Shown: piece by piece, positions 7,232 to 15,700 of the stretch | Position numbering within the stretch: position 1 is the stretch's first letter | Layout: the number at the start of each line of letters is the position of its first letter | Assembly (NCBI GenBank): GCA_963663255.1 | Contig: OY760141.1 | Location: forward strand, 2,765,103-2,829,102 | Direction of reading: 5' to 3' | Source of the DNA: Acidimicrobiales bacterium | GTDB lineage: Bacteria; Actinomycetota; Acidimicrobiia; Acidimicrobiales; Bin134 | DNA length: 64,000 bases | Program-made: the position numbers and the translations under genes | The notes under the pieces: generated by a model | The model's input: only the letters and a program-made list of their open reading frames with translations | What the model was told of the DNA's origin: nothing | The model's database searches: none

Positions 7232-8503
7232 GTGTATACTGCGGATATGGCCGAATTTCGGCGTTCGCAAGTCGACACCCTCATCAGCCGACTGTCGGAG
7301 CCTCCGCAGCGGCTCATCGCTATCTTCGGCCCACGCCAGACCGGGAAGACCACCGCAGCACGCCAAGCGCTCGCGCTCACCGAACAAGGGCACCGCTACG
7401 AAGCGATCGACGCAGCTGAGCACAGCACAGAGCCATGGCCAGCCTCCTCGGAGACCGACTATGCAACTTTCGGACCTGTTCGCAGAGATGACCGGTGGCT
7501 GGTGGAGGTCTGGGAGCACAGCAGGCACCAGGCCTGGACCTCGCAGCAGGGATTCGTCTTGGTCCTCGACGAGATCCAGAAGATCGATCAGTGGTCGGAA
7601 GTGGTCAAAGGCCTCTGGGACGCCGACCGCGCCAGCGGCTGTCCCCTGCATGTGGTGATTCTCGGCTCGGCGCCGCTCTTGATGCAGGCGGGACTAAGCG
7701 AGAGTCTCGCTGGCCGGTTCGAGCCGATCCATATCACGCACTGGTCCTATCCGGAGATGGCCGACGCCTTCGGCTTCAGCCTGGACGACTATGTGTATTT
7801 CGGGGGATATCCGGGGGCTGTTCCGCTAACCGATGATCTGGAGCGTTGGAGCTCCTATATCCGCAGCGCCCTAGTCGAGCCCAACATCGAACGTGATGTC
7901 CTGTCAATGACCAGAGTCGACAAGCCTGCCCTGCTCAAGCGGCTCTTCGAAGTCGGAGCGCTCTATTCCGGCCAAATCCTGTCGTTCAACAAGATGCTCG
8001 GCCAACTGCAAGACGCAGGCAACACCACAACCTTGACGAGGTATCTCGACTTGCTTTCCCAGGCGGGGCTGCTAATAGGACTCACCAAGCACACCGAGCG
8101 TCCGGTATCAGCCAGGGCCTCGATACCAAAGCTGAATGTGCTCAACACCGCTTTGATGTCGGCCGCCTCCGGCTACTCCCTCGAACAGGCCCGAGACGAC
8201 CGCGCGTTCTGGGGCCGACTGGTCGAGAGCGCAGTTGGGGCGCACCTGGTCAACACAGCCTCGCCGAGCACCACGGTCAAGTACTGGAGAGACGGCAACC
8301 ACGAAGTGGACTTCGTCCTCCAGAGGGGCCCGCACACAGTGGGAGTCGAGGTCAAAAGCGGCCAGGCCCTGACCAGCCACAGGGGTCTCATGGAATTCGA
8401 GCGCCGGTTCCAACCCCGGGCAACCGTCATCGTCGGCGACGCTGGCGTGCCCCTCCCCGAGTTCTTGTCCGAACCCGCCGACTACTGGTTCGAGCCAACA
8501 TGA
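7232..8503 (+). CDS. AAA+ ATPase of the AAA_14 + DUF4143 (COG1373) type with C-terminal PD-(D/E)xK-like motif
   Basis: 423 aa. Walker A FGPRQTGKTT, Walker B VLVLDEIQ, SESLAGRFEPIHITHWSYPEM (family-typical), C-terminal HEVDFVLQ...VGVEVKSG. Alternative start ATG 7247. The stop overlaps the next start (ATGA 8500-8503). Confidence 0.8.
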   Translation: MYTADMAEFRRSQVDTLISRLSEPPQRLIAIFGPRQTGKTTAARQALALTEQGHRYEAIDAAEHSTEPWPASSETDYATFGPVRRDDRWLVEVWEHSRHQAWTSQQGFVLVLDEIQKIDQWSEVVKGLWDADRASGCPLHVVILGSAPLLMQAGLSESLAGRFEPIHITHWSYPEMADAFGFSLDDYVYFGGYPGAVPLTDDLERWSSYIRSALVEPNIERDVLSMTRVDKPALLKRLFEVGALYSGQILSFNKMLGQLQDAGNTTTLTRYLDLLSQAGLLIGLTKHTERPVSARASIPKLNVLNTALMSAASGYSLEQARDDRAFWGRLVESAVGAHLVNTASPSTTVKYWRDGNHEVDFVLQRGPHTVGVEVKSGQALTSHRGLMEFERRFQPRATVIVGDAGVPLPEFLSEPADYWFEPT

Positions 8504-11500
8504 CCAGCCCGGTTGCCCGCACCTGCACCGAACTGGTTGTAGATCAGGACAGTGGCCTCATCCTTACCGGGTCGCAGCCGATGAACGCATTCGATCTTAG
8601 GCGCGCATACGTGCTCCTGGGCGACGCCGGTTCTGGAAAGACAACTGAATTCAAACGGGAGGCGGAAGCACTCGGCGATGCTGCGGAACTCTTGAGCGCC
8701 CGGAATTTCATCACTCTGGATGTGGACTCCCATGCGAAGTGGCAAGAGAAGATCCTCTTTATTGACGGCCTTGACGAGATGCGGGCAGGCACATCCGATT
8801 CGCTAACACCACTAGATCAGATCCGTAATCGGCTCGACCGGCTCGGTCAACCCTGGTTCCGGATTTCATGCCGAGAGGCAGACTGGCTCGGCAACAACGA
8901 CCGCCAGAGCCTGGCCGAAGTTTCTCCCGATTCACAGATCACCGTACTGCGGCTCGACCCCCTCGATGACGATGGAATCAGAGCACTGTTGACCTCACTT
9001 GATCTCCCCGGCGATGTGGGGAAATTCATCGACCAGGCGAGACAACAAGGCCTCGGAGCCATACTGCACAACCCGCAAACACTGAAGCTGCTCGCCCAAG
9101 CAGTGGAACAGGGAGGCAAGTGGCCCGACAGCCGGCAGGAGACCTTCGAGTTGGCCTGCCAAAAGATGGCATCAGAAAGGAACGAGGACCACCTGGAGAG
9201 AGCTGATGACATTTCTGCGGATGCCGTCATGGATGCCGCCGGCTATCTGTGTGTGTTGCAGTTGTTTGCCGGCACAGAGGGGTACTCGTTGAGCCGCCTA
9301 CTCGACAGCGCCTCGTTCCCATCAGTTGAAGAGATACAGAATCCACCGACCCAACTTCCTGACAGCAGTCTGAGGCAAGCACTGTCCACCAGGCTGTTCA
9401 CCGGAGTGGTTGAGCGACGAGTCAGCCCAATCCACCGTCACATCGCCGAGTTCCTGGCCGGCCGGTACCTGGCCAAGCTGATCGAGAACGGGCTGCCCGT
9501 CGAGAGAGTCATGGCGTTGATGACCAGCCCCAGCGACCAAAAGGTTGTGACAGTCCTCCGGGGTCTGTCTGCTTGGCTAGCCGTGCACTCCCCCACCGCC
9601 CGTCGACGACTGATTGATCTTGATCCCGTCGGTGTCGGCCTGTACGGCGATATCAAGGACCTACGGCCCGACGACAAGAGACTGATCTTGGAGTCGCTGG
9701 CCGCGTTCGCCGAGCAGGGGCCCCTCTTCGGCCATGAGAGAACTGATGATCGCGGCGGTTGGCATATGGGTTCCACCGCCCAAGCATTTCGTTCCCTCGC
9801 CTCGGCCGAAATGGTTCCCGCCATCAACGAATTGATCGCCAAGCCAGTCGCCGGGTCCTGCGACAGCCGGGTTTTGGAGTTCCTCCTCGACGTGCTGTCC
9901 GTAGCTGAAGACCCAGAATTGGACTCGTTGCGCGGATTGGCATCTGACTTGGAGCCAATCGTCCGCGACCCTACCCGCCCGGAAAAGATCAAAACGCCAG
10001 CTTTGGATGCATTCCTTCGGATCGCCCCATCGGGCGAGGCTACGACGAACACACTGATTCGACTTCTTGATGACATCAAGTCTGGTGTGGTGCTCGATCC
10101 TGATGATCAGCTTCGTGGGACTCTGCTAAGGAACCTCTACCCACCTTCGCTGAGCCCTGTGGAGCTATGGCATTACGCCATGCCTCGCAATCAGCACAAC
10201 CTCTACGGCCGCTATGACAGTTTCTTGGACTACGACCTGTTGACAAGAACCTCAAGCCAACAGATAGCCGGATTGCTGGATGCCCTAGGGGACAATGACA
10301 CCGACCTGCGCACCGAACTCCGGGAGTCCATGCTCTATGACTTGCCGCTCAAACTGCTGGCCCGAGGCTTGGAGGAATGCGGGGAAGAGATCGATCTGCC
10401 CCGCCTTTATGGCTGGCTCAGCATTGTCGCTGATCCCCTCGACAGTTTTCATTGGGAAGGCCGAGACATTCGCCCTGTCCAAACATGGCTAGAGGACCAT
10501 CCCGACATCCAGGAGGCCATTTTCTTGGCTTGGCTCAGACACTGTGATCAAACCGACTCCGATTCGCTCAATTCGATTGAGTTCTGCGATGTGCTCCTGC
10601 GAAGCTCGCCTCCCTCAGACTTCGGGCTGTGGTGCCTCGAAGCAGCGGCTGAGCTCGCAGACGCTGAACCGTCTGTAGCGCAGGACCTCTTGACACAGTC
10701 CTACCGCCTGTTGCAAGGCCACAGGATCAACGAGGGCCTCTCACTAGACATCCTGCGATCCCGAACGCGTGGGCACGGCGGCCTTGAGCAGCGACTTGAA
10801 GAACTCTGCACACCACGCCCCAAACCCGAACTGAGCGAAGCTCAGCAGCGACGACATGCCCTTCTAGAAGAGCGAAGGGAAAAAGAGCGCGGACAGCAAC
10901 TGGAGCGTGAGTCAGACCTCCGGTCGCAAGTGGCCGAACTGAGAGAGAACCGATTTTTCCCTCGTGGATTGCACTCCCTAGCTCAGGTGTATTTCGGCAA
11001 GATTGGGGGAACCAGCCAGGACGCTACTCCCGACCAGCGAATTAGCGAGTTCATTGGTGGCGACCCCGATCTAGCTGAGGCGGTCATGACGGCGTTGCGG
11101 CGAGCGGTCTATCGGGACGATTTACCCGAGGCCGACGAGACGATCTCCTTGAATTTGGACTCCAAATTCTCATTCCTGGCCTTCCCTGTGTTGGCCAGCT
11201 TGGAACTGCTCTACAACGACGACCCGGCACAATTGGACGAACTCGACGACACGCTCAAGAGCAACGCCCTCGCCACCCACTACTGCGTCTCGCCTGTCTT
11301 AAACGCCTATCCCGGTCGCCCGACGCCTTGGTTCGCACGAATGCTGGAACATGACCATGAATTGGTAGTTGAAGTCCTATTCGGGTGCGCCCACTCCGCA
11401 ATGAGAGACGGAGGCGCATTCCCACCAGGCCTCAGAGATCTAGACAACATCGAACATACCCACCCCGCCCTGGCATTCGAGCTGACTACAAGGCTTCTCG

Positions 11501-12666
11501 CCTCATTCCCCGTCCGCGCTCGGCAAGCACAAATCCCTCTACTCGACCGACTGCTGGAGAAGTTGCTCAAGGCAGGCAAGCCGGAACTTGAAGAACTGGT
11601 CGAAGAAAAACTGGCCATGAAGAGCATGGACATCGCTCAGCAGATTCGGTGGCTTACGGTCGGAGCGCTGCTGTCGCCTGAGCGGCATTTGTCGGCGCTT
11701 GAAGAAAACGCCGACAAGAGCCAAACGAGGGTGCGGCATTTCGCCGGGTTCATCTGCGGTCTCTCTCGCAAGGAGTGGTTCTCCGATTCACTACTGGTCA
11801 AGAACCTATGTCCCCAAGCAGTCGCCGCGTTCATAAGGCTCATGGGAAGTTCCTTTGCCCCCATTGAGATCGTAGGCAGGGGGCCCGTGTCCGGGGGCCC
11901 CGAGCTGAGTGCTTCCTGGCGGATAGAAGACCTGATCTTGCTTCTCAGCTCCAATTCCAGCCCTGAGGCCAATAGGGCACTACGGGACCTAATCAACGAT
12001 CCCCCACTCCAACTGTGGAAAGACCAACTCAGATGGGCAGAAGAGCGACAGCGCGTACTGCTTCGCGACGCCACCTATAGCCACCCCAGCGTTGAACAGG
12101 TCCAACGCACACTCGATAACGGCTTGCCGGCCAACGCGACTGACTTGGCTGCGTTACTGAACGATCACCTCGATTACATCTCACGAGACATCCGGGGTAG
12201 CAACAGCAACATCTGGCGTCAGTTCTGGATGGATGACCGAGATAGCGAACCGAGAGAACCAAAGCACGAAGAATCCTGCCGAGATGCACTTCTTACCCTT
12301 CTGAAGGAGCGACTACCCACAGCAGTCGACTCAGCTCCGGAGCGCCGCTATGCCTCCGATACGAGAGCGGACATCTGCGTGAGCTATGGCGGGTTCAATG
12401 TACCTATTGAGATCAAGAAGGACTGCCACCGCGACCTTTGGAGCGCCCTCCAGGAGCAGCTCGTCGAGCAATACACCACCGACCCTGCAACCTCCGGGCA
12501 CGGCATATACCTCGTGCTTTGGACCGGCGGCGACGAGATCAGTCGAAGGCCGGACGGCAATCGTCCAACTACCCCTGATGAGTTGAGAGAGCTGCTGGAA
12601 GGCGATCTGACCCCGGAACAAACTGGAAAAATCTCCGTCAGGGTCCTCGACGTCACCAAACCCTAA
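8500..12666 (+). CDS. STAND/NACHT-like P-loop NTPase with long helical C-terminal region and terminal PD-(D/E)xK-like nuclease motif
   Basis: 1388 aa. Walker A LLGDAGSGKTT (nt 8620-8646) and Walker B ILFIDGLDEM (nt 8752-8778) lie within the first 95 aa. These are followed by NACHT-like VLRLDPLDDDGIRALL, then ~1100 aa with no motif I recognise. The last ~140 aa read ESCRDALLTLLKERL...RADICVSYGGFNVPIEIKKD (D1291, E1304, K1306; nt 12370-12417). Confidence 0.6.
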   Translation: MTSPVARTCTELVVDQDSGLILTGSQPMNAFDLRRAYVLLGDAGSGKTTEFKREAEALGDAAELLSARNFITLDVDSHAKWQEKILFIDGLDEMRAGTSDSLTPLDQIRNRLDRLGQPWFRISCREADWLGNNDRQSLAEVSPDSQITVLRLDPLDDDGIRALLTSLDLPGDVGKFIDQARQQGLGAILHNPQTLKLLAQAVEQGGKWPDSRQETFELACQKMASERNEDHLERADDISADAVMDAAGYLCVLQLFAGTEGYSLSRLLDSASFPSVEEIQNPPTQLPDSSLRQALSTRLFTGVVERRVSPIHRHIAEFLAGRYLAKLIENGLPVERVMALMTSPSDQKVVTVLRGLSAWLAVHSPTARRRLIDLDPVGVGLYGDIKDLRPDDKRLILESLAAFAEQGPLFGHERTDDRGGWHMGSTAQAFRSLASAEMVPAINELIAKPVAGSCDSRVLEFLLDVLSVAEDPELDSLRGLASDLEPIVRDPTRPEKIKTPALDAFLRIAPSGEATTNTLIRLLDDIKSGVVLDPDDQLRGTLLRNLYPPSLSPVELWHYAMPRNQHNLYGRYDSFLDYDLLTRTSSQQIAGLLDALGDNDTDLRTELRESMLYDLPLKLLARGLEECGEEIDLPRLYGWLSIVADPLDSFHWEGRDIRPVQTWLEDHPDIQEAIFLAWLRHCDQTDSDSLNSIEFCDVLLRSSPPSDFGLWCLEAAAELADAEPSVAQDLLTQSYRLLQGHRINEGLSLDILRSRTRGHGGLEQRLEELCTPRPKPELSEAQQRRHALLEERREKERGQQLERESDLRSQVAELRENRFFPRGLHSLAQVYFGKIGGTSQDATPDQRISEFIGGDPDLAEAVMTALRRAVYRDDLPEADETISLNLDSKFSFLAFPVLASLELLYNDDPAQLDELDDTLKSNALATHYCVSPVLNAYPGRPTPWFARMLEHDHELVVEVLFGCAHSAMRDGGAFPPGLRDLDNIEHTHPALAFELTTRLLASFPVRARQAQIPLLDRLLEKLLKAGKPELEELVEEKLAMKSMDIAQQIRWLTVGALLSPERHLSALEENADKSQTRVRHFAGFICGLSRKEWFSDSLLVKNLCPQAVAAFIRLMGSSFAPIEIVGRGPVSGGPELSASWRIEDLILLLSSNSSPEANRALRDLINDPPLQLWKDQLRWAEERQRVLLRDATYSHPSVEQVQRTLDNGLPANATDLAALLNDHLDYISRDIRGSNSNIWRQFWMDDRDSEPREPKHEESCRDALLTLLKERLPTAVDSAPERRYASDTRADICVSYGGFNVPIEIKKDCHRDLWSALQEQLVEQYTTDPATSGHGIYLVLWTGGDEISRRPDGNRPTTPDELRELLEGDLTPEQTGKISVRVLDVTKP

Positions 12667-12748
12667 GCAAGGCCCTGGCAAGAGAGGGCACGAGTCTCCT
12701 GGTCGCCGACTCTGACTTCTTTTTGGCAGAGCATCTAGCATCCCCACC

Positions 12749-15700
12749 GTGCCGGATGCCGCTCCCCCAGGAGGCGTAAGAGACCAACGCCTCTTGGAGG
12801 GGTTGTCTCGCTGCGTCTCGGTTGACCTCGAAGTGTCAAAAGTGACGGAGCGCATCCACTCTTTCGCGGGAGTGCGCCTCGACACCGAAGAGTCTTTCGT
12901 CTACCCGTCGGCGGGCCTTGACCGTCCTCAGGCGTTGGCTGAGCTGGATGCTCTCGCCGATGGCACAGACTTCCTGGTGGGCCACAACTTCATCGAATTC
13001 GATATGCGCCATTTGCAAGCCGCCAATCCTGGTTTGCGCTTGCTGGAGATGCCGGTGGTGGACACTCTTTGGCTGAATCCCCTGGCCTTTCCCCGGAACC
13101 CGTATCACCATCTCGTCAAGCACTATCAGGAGGGCCAGCTCATTACCGGGCGCAAGAACGACCCGGAGCAAGACGCAAAGATCGCTCTGGAGGTTTTCGC
13201 CGACCAACAGAAGAGTCTGCTGGAGGCACCCTCAGACTTGCTTGTCGCCTGGCACTGGCTGACTGGAGGGCAGCACGGCTCCGGTTTTGATCTGGTCTTC
13301 CGGTGTTTGCGCGGTTCGCCTAGGCCTTCGGATGTCGAGGCCTGTGAGGCGATCTACGCTCGTGTTGACGGCATCTGCTGTCGTACTCACGCGCGCCAGG
13401 CCGCTGATTCCGCTGGCGAGCATGGCTGGTCGCTTGCCTATGCGTTGGCGTGGCTGTGGGTGTCGGGGGGCAATTCGGTTATGCCGCCTTGGGTTCGGCA
13501 TCAATTTCCCGACGCCGGAAAGTTGGTGCGGCGCCTGCGTGACAGCCGGTGCGAAGACCGAGGTTGCCCTTGGTGCCAAGAGCGCCACAACGCACGCAAA
13601 GAGCTGAAGCGCCTGTTCGGCTTCGACGAATTCAGGCCGGAGCCGGCCGGCGAAGATGGGCGCCCGTTGCAGCAGGCCATCGTTGAGGCGGCGATGGGGG
13701 GCGACCATGTCTTGGGGATCTTGCCGACGGGTACGGGCAAGTCGCTGTGCTACCAGATACCGGCGCTGTCGCGATACGACAAGACCGGGGCGGTGACCGT
13801 GGTCATCTCGCCGTTGGTGGCTCTGATGGCCGACCAGGTGACCGGGCTCGAGGCCCACGGCATCACCTCCTGCGTCACTATCAACGGCTTGTTGTCGATG
13901 CCCGAGCGCTCCGAGGCGTTGGAGAAGCTGAGGCTTGGTGACGCCGCTATCGTGTTGGTCTCCCCTGAGCAGCTTCGCAGTGTTTCGTTTCGACGTTCCT
14001 TGGATCAGCGTGAGATCGGTTCCTGGGTGCTGGACGAGGCCCACTGCTTGTCAAAGTGGGGCCACGACTTCCGCCCTGATTATCGCTATGTGGGGCGCTA
14101 CATCCGCGAGCGCGCAGAAGGCGGTGTGGTGCCCCCGGTGATGTGCTTGACGGCGACGGCCAAGCCCGGGGTCAAAGAGGAGATAGTCGAGTACTTCGCC
14201 GAACAACTCGGCGTCGAGATGCGGGTGTTCGACGGAGGCAGCGAGCGCGCCAACCTCGAGTTCGTGGTGGTGGAGACAACCACTTCCAAGAAGTACAGCG
14301 ACATCTACGAGATCTTGTCCAACCATCTTCCGCCAGACGGGAACGGCGGCGCGATTGTGTACTGCGCGACTCAACGGCGGACCGAGGAGATCGCGAACTT
14401 CCTCAGGGAATTAGGGTTCTCCGCTGATCGCTTCCATGCCGGGTTGCAGCCGGAGGACAAGAAGACGGTCCAGCGCCGCTTCATCGAAGGTGAGCTGAGG
14501 GCGATTGCGGCCACCAACGCTTTTGGAATGGGCATCGACAAGCCCGATGTGCGACTGGTGATACACGCCGACATTCCATCGTCGCTGGAGAACTATCTGC
14601 AAGAGGCGGGTCGGGCCGGCCGGGACCAGAAACAGGCTCACTGTGTGCTGCTGTTCACGAGAAACGACGTGGAGCGGCAGTTCGGCATGTCGGCACGGTC
14701 CCGGCTCACTCGACGCGAGATCAATGGGGTGCTGAAGGCCCTGCGCCGGCTGAGCAGACGCAACAATAACGACGAAGTCGTTGCCACCATGGGCGAGATC
14801 CTGGTCAACGACGAAGACACCGACTTCAGGCGGGATTCTGCCACCGACGACACGCGGGGGCGCACGGCGCTGGCCTGGCTTGAGGAGGCAGAGCTGCTCA
14901 GCCGGGAGGAGAACCGCGTCAATATCTTCCCGTCGTCGTTGCGGGTGAGCTCGGTGGAGGAGGCAAAGGAGAAGCTGGAGTCCAAAGGGCTTGACGAACT
15001 GGCGCGCGGCCGGCTGCTGGCCGTCGTGGAGGCGCTGATCGGTGCCGACCCCGACGAGGGGATCTCCACCGACATGCTCATGGCCACCGCCGGCCTCAGC
15101 TCCGACCAAGTTAGGGGCGCGCTCTACGACTTGGAGAGATGCGGTATCGCCAGCAACGACACCGCGCTGACCGCCTTCGTCCACCTGGGCGTTGCCAACA
15201 GCTCGAAGCGGCGGCTGGTCGAGGCAGCGGGGGCAGAAGAGGAGCTCTTAAGCCTCATGCGGGAGATGGCCCCAGATATGGGAATCGGCGATGAGGCGCC
15301 GCTGAATCTGCGGGTTGCCTGCCAGCGGATCAAAGACGCCGGCCACAACCATGTCCGGCCCGAGTACATGGCCCGTCTTCTGCAAGGGATCGCCGGCGAC
15401 GGCCGCGGCGAGGGCATTGGAGGCGGCAGCATCACAGTGAGAAAGCTCGATGCCGAAAGCGTTCGAATAACACTGAAGCGCGAATGGCATTCCGTAGTGG
15501 GGATGGCGCAGCGTCGGCGAGCCGGCGCCGCCCGCCTCCTCGATCACCTTCTGTCATGTGCGCCGAAGGGCAAGCGCGGCACCGACCTGCTGGCGGAAAC
15601 CACCTTGGGAAAGCTGACCGAGGCCGTGGAGGGAGACTTGACTCTCGCCGGGGAGGCCAAGGACTTGCGCAGGCTGGTGGACCGCTCGCTGGTGTGGCTG

